Origin: Vulcanimicrobiota bacterium
Lineage (GTDB): Bacteria > Vulcanimicrobiota > Vulcanimicrobiia > Vulcanimicrobiales > Vulcanimicrobiaceae
Direction: 5' to 3'
NCBI GenBank assembly: GCA_963714015.1
Contig: OY970223.1
Coordinates: forward strand, 2,528,001-2,592,000
Length of the DNA: 64,000 nucleotides
Shown here: in pieces, positions 1 to 9,381 of the stretch
Numbering within the stretch: the stretch's first letter is position 1
How the letters are laid out: every line of letters starts with the position of its first letter
Translations under genes and position numbers: made by a program
Notes under the pieces: model-generated
Told to the model about the DNA's origin: nothing
The model's database searches: none
Seen by the model: the letters and a program-made list of their open reading frames with translations, nothing else

Positions 1-121
1 ATTTGACCGGGCCTCAAGTCGAAGCGGCCGTCGCCGGCCACACACTAGGTAAAGCCGCGATCGTCGGACTCTACCAAATGCGCTAAAGGAGCCGCGCACT
101 CCAGCGAAGCAAGACTAGCGC

Positions 122-571
122 ATGCGTTTGCTTATCGCCACCGCCGCCCTTGCACTTCTCGGCGCGCTTACTTCCCCGGGAGCCTCGCTGGCGCAATCCG
201 CCGCGCCTGCTCCCACCGCTACACCGTCGGAAAACCCGGCGCACACCGCAATCGCCAAGGCGCAGCTCGCCGCCTGGACGAGCGGGAAAATCGACACATC
301 CGACTATGGCGAACAATTCAAAACCCTTCTCACGCCCAGCGCCGTCAGTCAGGTCGGCTCGCTGATCGCTTCGGGCGGGGCCGCGACCTTCGACGGTTAC
401 AAGGGAATGGCACAGCAGATGGGCGTGACCGTCGAAACGTACGGAATCACATTTGCAAAGCCGATCTCATTGCCGGCGCAGATGGGACCGACGACGAGCA
501 AATGGATGGAAGCGATCGCTTTCGATTCGGATGGAAAGATCGTCTTCTTGCGTTTCTTTCCTCAGCAGTAG
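122..571 (+). CDS. Secreted hypothetical protein
   Basis: 149 aa ORF with an N-terminal signal peptide (MRLLIATAALALLGA...) and a Pro/Ala linker. Confidence 0.7.
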   Translation: MRLLIATAALALLGALTSPGASLAQSAAPAPTATPSENPAHTAIAKAQLAAWTSGKIDTSDYGEQFKTLLTPSAVSQVGSLIASGGAATFDGYKGMAQQMGVTVETYGITFAKPISLPAQMGPTTSKWMEAIAFDSDGKIVFLRFFPQQ

Positions 572-588
572 GAACGCGCCGAGACCGT

Positions 589-2073
589 CTACGGCCAGCG
601 GTACGCCGCCAAAGCGTTCCACTGGTCGGGCTGCGTGCCGTCCCACGCAAAGAAACACTCGCCGATTGCGCCGGCCGCTTTGCTTGCGTCGAGTGATGCC
701 GTAATCTCATTTGCCGGAGGGGATCCGTCCTGCCCGAGCGCGTTCGTTTGGCCTCCCACGCTGATCGGTATCGGGCGCCTCGCCAGCGACTGTACTTCGT
801 CAAACGATGCGCGCACGATTCCGGCCACCTGCGCGGGACCGCCGGCGTCTGTGCGCAGCATGCGCCAGTACGTCATGGGCTGCAGCACGTCGGTATACCG
901 CGCGATCTGCCGGTACGGATACATCTGCTGCGTGAGATGCTCCAAGTAAGGATCTTCGATCGTCGCCATCAGCAGATACTTCGGGCCTAACGCGGCGCGA
1001 AGGTACGCCATGTATTGCCACAGCGCCGGCAGACCTTGTGGTGCGCCGCCCATAAAGTCCCCGCCGCGTTCCAAATCCACCGCAACTCCGGCAAGGCGCG
1101 TACCGCGCGCAGTCCGGTAGTACGCGGTCCGCACGCTCGTCTGCAGATCCTCGAATGTCGTGTCACGCGGCACCGTCCAGCCGATCGTTCCGATGCCGCG
1201 CCGCGCGAGTTGGTCGACGATCGCGTCGATCGTCGGCTTTGCTTCAGGAGTGATCTCCCAATACGCGCCGTACGCGGTACGGAGTTCGACGTAATGCAAT
1301 CCCGCTCGCGCCGCGCGATCGGCGAGGGCCGCGGGATCGAGGTGTCTGTAGTAGATCGCATCGAGCGGATTGGTCGTGAAATACAGCCACATTGCCTTTC
1401 CGCTCACGTTGGCAATGCGAGTCGCGGGCATCCTCGCGGGAACCCTGACACTGAGTGCGATCGGAGCGAAACCCGCGCGATATAACGTATAACGATAAAA
1501 ATGACCGGGTTCTGCGCTGCCGTCGCGATACGTTGAACTCGGCCCCGCAATGATTGCGAGCGTATGCGAAGTTCCCGCCGAATCGTAGCGCACGACGCGA
1601 GCAGTGCGCAATTCCTGCGGAAACCATCCGATCTGCACGAGATGCGGCCCGAGCGCTTCGGCCACGACGCGCGGCGCGTGCCATGTGCGCGTGTCCGTGG
1701 TCGCGCTGACGATTCCCAGCGATGGATAGTTGCACCGCACGCTAAGATGGAGGACACCGTCACGCGACGTCTTCACGATCGCCGACGGCTGACCGAAGCG
1801 CAGCCGCGTCTGCCATTGCACGTACCCGTCTCGTGAATTCCAGTCGAGATCGCTATTGGCCATGATGCGCGTCGGCTTTCCCTGAGCGTCGTAGAAGCGC
1901 GCAACGACGAGCCAGCGAGCGTTGCCGTCGGGGTCGAAACCGAGCGGGCGCGACGCAACCGCGAACCGCACTGCCGGGCGCCCGAAATACACCGGCGCGG
2001 TCGAAGTCGGCTTGGGCAGCGGTGTGGCCTGCAGGAGCAGCGCAACGGCCGGGACGGCGATCGAAAACCTCAC
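589..2073 (-). CDS. Secreted protein with an FN3-like segment and a C-terminal glycoside-hydrolase-like TIM barrel
   Basis: 494 aa; signal peptide; 'STYRDGSAEPGHFYRY' FN3-like stretch; 'GVAVDLE' and 'LQPMTYW' GH-like motifs. Confidence 0.55.
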   Translation of the reverse strand: MRFSIAVPAVALLLQATPLPKPTSTAPVYFGRPAVRFAVASRPLGFDPDGNARWLVVARFYDAQGKPTRIMANSDLDWNSRDGYVQWQTRLRFGQPSAIVKTSRDGVLHLSVRCNYPSLGIVSATTDTRTWHAPRVVAEALGPHLVQIGWFPQELRTARVVRYDSAGTSHTLAIIAGPSSTYRDGSAEPGHFYRYTLYRAGFAPIALSVRVPARMPATRIANVSGKAMWLYFTTNPLDAIYYRHLDPAALADRAARAGLHYVELRTAYGAYWEITPEAKPTIDAIVDQLARRGIGTIGWTVPRDTTFEDLQTSVRTAYYRTARGTRLAGVAVDLERGGDFMGGAPQGLPALWQYMAYLRAALGPKYLLMATIEDPYLEHLTQQMYPYRQIARYTDVLQPMTYWRMLRTDAGGPAQVAGIVRASFDEVQSLARRPIPISVGGQTNALGQDGSPPANEITASLDASKAAGAIGECFFAWDGTQPDQWNALAAYRWP

Positions 2074-2137
2074 CCGGCGATTATACGGTCATACGTTGCA
2101 GCAGGTCTTTTTTTCAGCCGTCTGCTAAGAACGATGC

Positions 2138-2356
2138 GTGAGCGAAGTGCGCATCAAGGTCCGCGAAAGCGGCCCCTATCTGGTCACCGGCCCGGTCATG
2201 CTGACGGATTGTGACGGCCAGACCTACACAATTACCGGTGAAAACGTGGCCCTTTGCCGATGCGGTCAATCTTCGACCAAACCGTTTTGCGACGGAACGC
2301 ACAAAATATGCGGATTTACCGCAACGGAACGCGCGCCCCAACCGGCTGGAGAGTAA
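2138..2356 (+). CDS. CDGSH-type iron-sulfur domain protein
   Basis: 'GPYLV' and 'ALCRCGQSSTKPFCDGTH' motifs. Confidence 0.9.
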   Translation: MSEVRIKVRESGPYLVTGPVMLTDCDGQTYTITGENVALCRCGQSSTKPFCDGTHKICGFTATERAPQPAGE

Positions 2357-2359
2357 TCG

Positions 2360-3532
2360 ATGCCTTCTTACATTCGCGCAGGCAGCCTGCCCGCGAAACG
2401 ACACATCCAGTTCCGGCGGCCCGACGGCGGGCTCTACGCCGAAGAGCTCTTCTCGACTAAAGGCTTCGAAAGCGTCTACTCGCTTCTGTATCATCTCCGC
2501 CCGCCGACGGCGACGCTGGACGTGCGGCCGTGGAACCGCCCCGCAGTCGTTCTGCACGACAACGATCCGTTGCGCAACCGGCACTTCAAAACGTCGGCAA
2601 TGACGCCGGGCGAGGACGCAATCGAATCGCGCACGCCGCTGCTCGGCAACGGCGATCTCCTCATTTCGATCGCGGACGCGAAGCGGCCGATGGAGTACTT
2701 CTACCGCAACGTCGGCGGCGACGAACTGATCTTCGTCCATCGCGGAGAAGGCATGCTCCGTACGCCGTTCGGCGATCTCGCATACCGCCCGCACGACTAT
2801 CTCGTAATTCCGACCGGCACGACCTATCGCGTCATTCCGTCGTCCCCGACGCGCATGCTCGTGCACGAAAGCGCCGGCATGGTGAAGATCCCCCGCAAGT
2901 ACCGCAACGAGTTCGGCCAGCTCGACGAGTCGGCTCCCTACTACGAGCGCGACTTTCGCGTACCGGTGCTCCAAGATCCCGTCGACGAACGCGGAGAGTT
3001 TGAAGTACGCGTGACCAATAACGGACGAAGCGCGGTCTATCTGGTTCAGAATCATCCTTGCGACGTCGTAGGCTGGGATGGGTTCTGTTATCCGTACGCC
3101 TTCAACGTCGACGAATTTGCGCCCATTACCGGAAAATTGCATCAGCCGCCCCCGGCGCATGCGACGTTCGAGGCGCCGGGCGCAGCGTTCTGCGCCTTCG
3201 TGCCGCGGTTGTTCGATTACCATCCTCTTGCCATTCCCGTACCGTACAATCATTCGAGCGTCGATTGCGACGAAGTGCTCTACTATGTCAGCGGCAACTT
3301 CATGAGCCGCCGGGGCGTCGAAGAGGGTTCGATTACGCTGCACGCCGCGGGCGCGCCTCACGGCCCTCAGCCGGGAGCGGTAGAGGCCAGCCTGGGAAAA
3401 ACGTCAACCGACGAGATCGCGGTTATGGTCGACACGTTCAAGCCGCTGCAGTTGGCGGAACAAACACTCGCTATCGAAGACGAGAAGTACTACCGGTCTT
3501 GGATCGAGGAGCCCGCACCGCTGACGCGATAG
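2360..3532 (+). CDS. hmgA: Homogentisate 1,2-dioxygenase
   Basis: 'PAKRHIQFR', 'HQPPPAHATF', 'PYNHSSVDCDEVLYY', 'ITLHAAGAPHGP'; clustered with hppD and fahA. Confidence 0.93.
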   Translation: MPSYIRAGSLPAKRHIQFRRPDGGLYAEELFSTKGFESVYSLLYHLRPPTATLDVRPWNRPAVVLHDNDPLRNRHFKTSAMTPGEDAIESRTPLLGNGDLLISIADAKRPMEYFYRNVGGDELIFVHRGEGMLRTPFGDLAYRPHDYLVIPTGTTYRVIPSSPTRMLVHESAGMVKIPRKYRNEFGQLDESAPYYERDFRVPVLQDPVDERGEFEVRVTNNGRSAVYLVQNHPCDVVGWDGFCYPYAFNVDEFAPITGKLHQPPPAHATFEAPGAAFCAFVPRLFDYHPLAIPVPYNHSSVDCDEVLYYVSGNFMSRRGVEEGSITLHAAGAPHGPQPGAVEASLGKTSTDEIAVMVDTFKPLQLAEQTLAIEDEKYYRSWIEEPAPLTR

Positions 3533-3737
3533 CGCCGAAGACCACTGCACTGATCACGATAGCGGCAAGCTCCCGCCACACGAAGGCGTCCCATTCGTAA
3601 TGGGTCTTGACCGGCTGCTCGAGCTGCACGGGCGCATAGGAAGATCCGGCCGCATGCTGTTGTTCCCGCTGAAAGAGCCACGCGTTCCCGAGCGTCAGAA
3701 GCAGCAAGAAAATAAAGCCCAGGAGCAGCAAACGCAT
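3471..3737 (-). CDS. Small membrane protein
   Basis: 88 aa with two hydrophobic segments, directly downstream of fahA; overlaps the hmgA 3' end. Confidence 0.5.
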   Translation of the reverse strand: MRLLLLGFIFLLLLTLGNAWLFQREQQHAAGSSYAPVQLEQPVKTHYEWDAFVWRELAAIVISAVVFGAIASAVRAPRSKTGSTSRLR

Positions 3738-3745
3738 TTAGCGTG

Positions 3746-5020
3746 CTAGACCTCCGCCGGTAGAATCGTGCCGCTGACGGATCCCAGGCCGATGCGCGGC
3801 TTTCCGGGAGCGCTGCAGTAACCGCGCAGTGTGACGGTATCCCCGTCTTCCAAAAACGAGCGCCGTTCTCCGGACGGGAGCTGCACCGGACGTTCGCCGC
3901 GCCACGTCAGCTCGATGAAGCTGCCGCAACTGTCCGGCTCTCTGCCCGAGATCGTACCCGAGGCGTACAAGTCTCCCGGACGCACCGCCGTTCCGTTAAC
4001 CGTGGCGTGTGCGAGTTGCTGAGCCATGTTCCAGTACATATCCTTGAAGTTCGTGCGCGAGACGATCTGTGCCGGCAGCCCTTGTTCCCGCATGCGCGAA
4101 GTTTCCAACTCGACGGCGAGTTGAATGTCATAGTTCCACGCTTCGCGGCACTGCAGGTAGGGAAGCGGCTGCGGATCTTGCTCGGGGCCGGCAACGCGAT
4201 ACGGTTCCAGCGCGTCGAGCGACACAACCCACGGTGATACGGAAGTTGCAAACGACTTGCCCAAAAACGGCCCTAGCGGCTGATATTCCCATGCTTGAAT
4301 GTCGCGCGCACTCCAATCGTTGACCAGCACGACGCCGAAGATGTGATCGCGCGCGCGGCCGGTCGTAATGCGCGTTCCCATGGCGTTACCGGGACCCGCG
4401 ACAAAGCCGAGTTCGAGCTCGATGTCGAGGGAGCGCGACGCTCCGAACTGCGGCGCTTCCTCCGTTGGCGCTTTGCGCTGGCCGCACGGCCGAATCACGG
4501 GCGTGCCGTCGACGACGATGGTGCTGGACCGGCCGTGATACCCGATTGGGATCCACCGCCAATTCGGCAGCAGCGGATCGCCGCCCGGCCGAAAAAGCCG
4601 TCCGAGATTGGTGGCGTGTTCGATCGAGGAGTAGAAGTCGACGTAATCGCCGGCCGAAAACGGAAGCAGCATGCGCGCGTCACGCTGCCGCACGAGAAAT
4701 CCGTCGCGGCTTTGCGCCGAAATCTCCGCCGAGCCGGCGTCGAGCAGCCGCGTGAGTCGTTCGCGGACGCTCGACCAGACGCTGCGGCCGGCCGCAAGCA
4801 GCGGATTCAACGTGGACGCCTGCAGAATGCGCCGGTCGACGGTTTCTTCGAACAGATCCTCCTGCGCCGCTAAATAGAGATCGAAGATGCTCGCACCGAT
4901 CGCGGCGCCGATGTGCGGCTCGCCGTCCTGCGCGGCAAAGACGCCGAGCGGAAGATTCTGCAGCGGAAAGCCGGACTCGGCATCGACCGGAACCCAAGAA
5001 TGCATTTCGCCGGAGTTCAT
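3746..5020 (-). CDS. fahA: Fumarylacetoacetase
   Basis: 'FPLQNLPLGVF', 'DYVDFYSSIEHATN', 'LDIELE', 'NDWSARDIQAWEYQPLGPFLGKSF'. Confidence 0.96.
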   Translation of the reverse strand: MNSGEMHSWVPVDAESGFPLQNLPLGVFAAQDGEPHIGAAIGASIFDLYLAAQEDLFEETVDRRILQASTLNPLLAAGRSVWSSVRERLTRLLDAGSAEISAQSRDGFLVRQRDARMLLPFSAGDYVDFYSSIEHATNLGRLFRPGGDPLLPNWRWIPIGYHGRSSTIVVDGTPVIRPCGQRKAPTEEAPQFGASRSLDIELELGFVAGPGNAMGTRITTGRARDHIFGVVLVNDWSARDIQAWEYQPLGPFLGKSFATSVSPWVVSLDALEPYRVAGPEQDPQPLPYLQCREAWNYDIQLAVELETSRMREQGLPAQIVSRTNFKDMYWNMAQQLAHATVNGTAVRPGDLYASGTISGREPDSCGSFIELTWRGERPVQLPSGERRSFLEDGDTVTLRGYCSAPGKPRIGLGSVSGTILPAEV

Positions 5021-5892
5021 TTATAACAGCGCGAGCGCTTGCAGATCGTCGACCGGCTCGGCAAAACTGCAACTGCCGTACGCCGCAAAGCCGCGGTCGC
5101 GCGCTTGCTGCACTTGCCCCGTCGTTGCGCGCAGATCGCGCCAGCGCAAGCCGTCTTGATCGAAGGCAAAGGCCTGCGGATCCTCCGACTCCAAGCACTC
5201 CGTCAGGGCCGCTTCGCCGGCGCCTCGATCGGCGAATACTGAAGCAAAGAGCAGATTCAAAAAACCGTGCATCACAAAGCCCGTCTTCGGATCTTTGTGC
5301 CGGATCGGGTGATGCAGACCGGCTGTCGCTTTGTAGGGAACGCCGTGCCGCGCGGCCGACGCGAGAAAGGCTGCGATTTCGCGCGGCTGCGGAAACGCTG
5401 CGGGTTCCAAACCGCCGCAGCGGATCTTTGCGCCGAAGCCGCTCTCGCGCAGCAGTGCCATCGTGCGATCGAGCGTGTTAAGCCAGTCTTCGCCGCGCGG
5501 CCATTCAACGTAACGCGGATAGTGCACGGTCTATCCGCGTTCCGGATGCGTTCGGCGACTTTCGCGATCTTCTCGGGTTCGATGCGCGATTCGAAGACTT
5601 CGATTCGCGCGCGCGCCCCTTCGGGCGTGAACCAGCCGCTACCGGGATCGACGATGGCGCTCAGCCGAAAAGGCGCGGCATCCGGCGGTATTGCGGACTG
5701 GAGTTCGGAGAGTCGAGAGAGCGGCACGATGAATCGTCCCAGCATCCACGCGTAAGGACCGTTGCGGGCAGCCTCGTACTCCGCGGCGGCGGAGGCGGCG
5801 TCGAGCTCGGCCGGCGGGAAAAGCCCGGCATAGTCGATCAGGGCCGTAAGAGCGGCGGAAACGGCGGGAAGCGGTGCGGCGGTCGCGGACAT
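5021..5892 (-). CDS. Conserved hypothetical protein linked to fahA (one apparent frameshift near 5525)
   Basis: N-terminal 'LIDYAGLFPPA' (ORF 5272..5892) joins C-terminal 'KIRCGG...YKATAGLHHPIR...HGFLNL...YGSCSFAEP' (ORF 5021..5527); abuts the fahA start. Confidence 0.75.
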
Positions 5893-5929
5893 ACAGGGCC
5901 GCTTCGGCCGGCTCGCAAAGTGCCCTTCA

Positions 5930-7045
5930 ATGACTACGATGAGTTCGCCGAAAGCAAATCCGCTGGCCGAGATCGACTGGGACTATATCGAGTTCTACGT
6001 CGGGAACGCAAAGCAAGCTGCATATTATTACTGCACGGCGTTCGGCTTCGATCAAGTCGCGTACGCCGGTCCGGAAACCGGCGTGAAGGGCCGCGCTTCT
6101 TACGTGCTCACACAGAACAAACTGCGGTTCGTCCTCACGTCGAGCTTGGTGCCCGGCGACGACGTCACGCGCCATGTCGCCGCGCACGGGGACGGCGTCA
6201 AAGACGTCGCGATTCTCGTTCAAGACGCAAAGGCGGCGTACGATGCGGCAATCGCCGGCGGCGCCAAATCCGTGCTCGCGCCGACGGAGCAGCGCGACGA
6301 ACATGGGCGCATCATCCGGGCGACGATCGCCAGTTACGGCGACACGGTTCACAGTTTCATCCAGCGCGACGGTTACGCCGGAGTCTTCATGCCGGGATTC
6401 ATTCCCAAACCCTGGAGCCCGCCGCTCACGCAGAAACCGGGACTGCAGTTCATCGACCACTGCGTGGGCAACGTCGGCTGGGGCGAGATGGACCCATGGG
6501 GCGATTTTTACGCTCGCGTGTTCGGATTCTCGCAACTGGTCTCGTTCGACGACAAGGACATATCTACCGAATACACGGCGCTCAAGTCCAAAGTGATGAC
6601 TGACGCCGACCACCGCGTCAAATTCCCGATCAACGAACCCGCCCAAGGCAAGAAAAAGTCGCAGATCGAGGAGTACTTGGATTTCTACGGGGGTCCCGGA
6701 GTCCAGCACATCGCAATACGGACCGACGACATCATCGCCACGATTCGCGCGCTCAAGGCCAACGGCGTCGAATTTCTCGACACGCCTGACTCCTATTACG
6801 AGGATCTGGAAGGGCGAGTCGGACGAATCGACGAGGCAATGCAGGTACTGCGCGATTTGCGGATTCTGGTCGACCGCGACGATTTGGGGTACATGCTGCA
6901 GATCTTCACCAAGCCGCTGCAGGATCGCCCGACGGTGTTCTTCGAGATCATTCAGCGCAAGGGGTCGCTGAGCTTCGGCAAGGGAAACTTCAAAGCGCTC
7001 TTCGTATCGATTGAGAAGGAGCAGGAGAAACGCGGAACTCTGTGA
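5930..7045 (+). CDS. hppD: 4-hydroxyphenylpyruvate dioxygenase
   Basis: 'IDHCVGNV', 'SQIEEYLDFYGGPGVQHIA', 'LQIFTKP', 'FGKGNFKALF'. Confidence 0.96.
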   Translation: MTTMSSPKANPLAEIDWDYIEFYVGNAKQAAYYYCTAFGFDQVAYAGPETGVKGRASYVLTQNKLRFVLTSSLVPGDDVTRHVAAHGDGVKDVAILVQDAKAAYDAAIAGGAKSVLAPTEQRDEHGRIIRATIASYGDTVHSFIQRDGYAGVFMPGFIPKPWSPPLTQKPGLQFIDHCVGNVGWGEMDPWGDFYARVFGFSQLVSFDDKDISTEYTALKSKVMTDADHRVKFPINEPAQGKKKSQIEEYLDFYGGPGVQHIAIRTDDIIATIRALKANGVEFLDTPDSYYEDLEGRVGRIDEAMQVLRDLRILVDRDDLGYMLQIFTKPLQDRPTVFFEIIQRKGSLSFGKGNFKALFVSIEKEQEKRGTL

Positions 7046-7935
7046 TTCCGCGTGGTCCGGTAAGCGCCGTCGACGCGGTCATGCTCGAGGCGCGAGCAGC
7101 GGATCTCGCAAAACGATCGATAAAAACTACGGCGAAGATAGCCGGAATTCGTCTCGCCGTCGCATGCATGGATTTGACGACGCTCGAAGGTAAAGACTCG
7201 CAAGGCCGGGTGCGATCGCTGTGTGCAAAAGCGATCCGTCCTGCGGCGCATCTGCCGGAGATCCCTAGTGTGGCCGCAGTCTGCGTGTACCCGAGTTTGG
7301 TGGCCGTAGCAAAAGAGGCGCTGCAGGGAAGCGGCGTTAAGGTCGCCTCCGTTGCGACGGCGTTCCCAAGCGGCCTCTCCTCACTGGAAGTACGCCTTGC
7401 CGATACGCAGGCCGCGATAGAGGCGGGCGCCGACGAAATCGACATGGTGATCGACCGCGGCGCGTTCTTATCCGGACGCGAGCGCGAAGTATTCGAGGAG
7501 ATCGTTGCGGTCAAACGTCTCTGCGGCGACCTGCATCTGAAAGTCATTCTCGAAACCGGTGAGCTCGGAAGCTATGACGCCGTCCGCGGCGCGTCCGACT
7601 TGGCGCTCGAAGCGGGCGCCGACATCATCAAAACCTCGACGGGTAAAGTCGGCACGAACGCGACGTTCCCGGTAGCGCTCGCGATGTGCGAGGCGATCCG
7701 GGATTATTGCCGCAGCACCGGCCGCCGCGCCGGTCTAAAGGTCGCCGGCGGCGTGCGAACGACGAAGCAGGCGCTCACGTATCTGGTCATCGTGAAAGAA
7801 ACGCTCGGCTCCGACTGGCTTACGCCGGATCTGTTCCGTATCGGCGCCAGTTCGCTGCTGGACGACCTGCTGATGCAGTACGACAAAGAGCTGACCGGAA
7901 ACTACGCCGGTCCCGATTATTTTCCGAAAGATTAA
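7042..7935 (+). CDS. deoC: Deoxyribose-phosphate aldolase
   Basis: 'DLTTLEG', 'EIDMVI', 'LKVILETGEL', 'IKTSTGK', 'FRIGASSLL'. Confidence 0.95.
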   Translation: MIPRGPVSAVDAVMLEARAADLAKRSIKTTAKIAGIRLAVACMDLTTLEGKDSQGRVRSLCAKAIRPAAHLPEIPSVAAVCVYPSLVAVAKEALQGSGVKVASVATAFPSGLSSLEVRLADTQAAIEAGADEIDMVIDRGAFLSGREREVFEEIVAVKRLCGDLHLKVILETGELGSYDAVRGASDLALEAGADIIKTSTGKVGTNATFPVALAMCEAIRDYCRSTGRRAGLKVAGGVRTTKQALTYLVIVKETLGSDWLTPDLFRIGASSLLDDLLMQYDKELTGNYAGPDYFPKD

Positions 7936-7940
7936 CGAGA

Positions 7941-9381
7941 ATGACGCACCGCCTTTGAGTACGCGCCAGCGCCCGAGTCGACGAAGCCCCGCATCGAGGA
8001 ACAGTACGAGCTCTTCATCGGGGGCGAGTGGGCGGCGCCGCGCAGCAACGGTCACTTCGAAACGGTGAACCCGGCAAACGAAGAGCCGCTGGCGCGCATC
8101 GCGTACGCCGGCGCCGAGGACGTCGATCGCGCCGTGCGCGCCGCCCGCAAAGCGTACGACAAATATTGGCGCAAGATGCGGCCCGCCGATCGCGCAAAAT
8201 ACGTCTACCGTATCGCGCGCACGATCACGGAACGGTCGCGGGAACTTGCAGTACTCGAGACGCTCGACGGCGGCAAACCCATCCGCGAGTCGCGAGACTT
8301 CGACGTTCCGGCCGCGGCGGCGCACTTCTTTTACTATGCGGGATGGGCAGACAAGCTCGAGTGGGCGATGCGCGCGGGGCGCGAACCTGCGCCTATCGGC
8401 GTAGCCGGTCAGATCGTACCCTGGAATTTTCCGCTGCTCATGGCGGCTTGGAAAGTTGCGCCGGCGCTCGCATGCGGAAACACCGTCGTGCTCAAACCGG
8501 CCGAGACGACGCCGCTGACGGCGCTCGCGCTCGCGAAGATCGCCGAGGAAGCGGATCTTCCGCCCGGAGTTCTCAACGTCATAACCGGAGACGGCGAGAC
8601 GGGAGCAGCGCTCGTCTCGCACGACGGGGTGGACAAGATCGCCTTTACCGGATCCACGCAGGTCGGCAAGGGCATTCAACGCGCACTTGCCGGCAAGGGG
8701 AAGCGGCTGACGCTGGAACTCGGCGGAAAGGCAGCGCATGTGGTATTTGCGGATGCTCCGATCGATCAAGCGATCGAAGGGATCGTCAACGGCATTTACT
8801 TCAATCAGGGACACGTCTGCTGTGCCGGATCCCGTCTGCTCGTCGAGGAAAGCATCCATGACGAAGTCGTCGTGCGGCTCACCGAGCGTCTGCAGACGCT
8901 CAGGCTGGGCGATCCGCTCGACAAAAACACCGATATAGGCGCAATCAACTCGCGCGCGCAACTCGAGAAGATTCAAGAGCTCGTCAAGAGCGGAATCGAC
9001 GAGGGTGCCGTGCTCGTTCAGCAATCGTGCGCGCTGCCGGAACGCGGGTACTTTTTTCCGGCCTCCTTCTTCACGCGCGTCCAGCAGTCGCATCGCATCG
9101 CGCGAGAAGAAATCTTCGGCCCGGTGCTTTCAATACTCACTTTCCGCACGCCGGACGAAGCGATAGAAAAAGCAAACAACACGCCTTATGGTTTGTCCGC
9201 CGGAATCTGGACCGACAAAGGCAGCAAGAACATGTATGTCGCTCAGCACATGCGTGCGGGAGTCGTGTGGTGCAATTCGTTCAATCGTTTCGATCCGAGT
9301 TCGCCGTTCGGAGGGTTCAGAGAATCCGGTTTTGGACGCGAGGGCGGCGTCCACGGATTATATGAATACCTGGCTGGCTGA
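7941..9381 (+). CDS. Aldehyde dehydrogenase (deoC-linked); one extra base shortly after the ATG
   Basis: ATG at 7941, then AFEYAPAPES in the frame of ORF 8065..9381; 'PWNFP', 'FTGST', 'LELGGK', catalytic 'VCCAGS', 'EEIFGP'. Confidence 0.92.
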
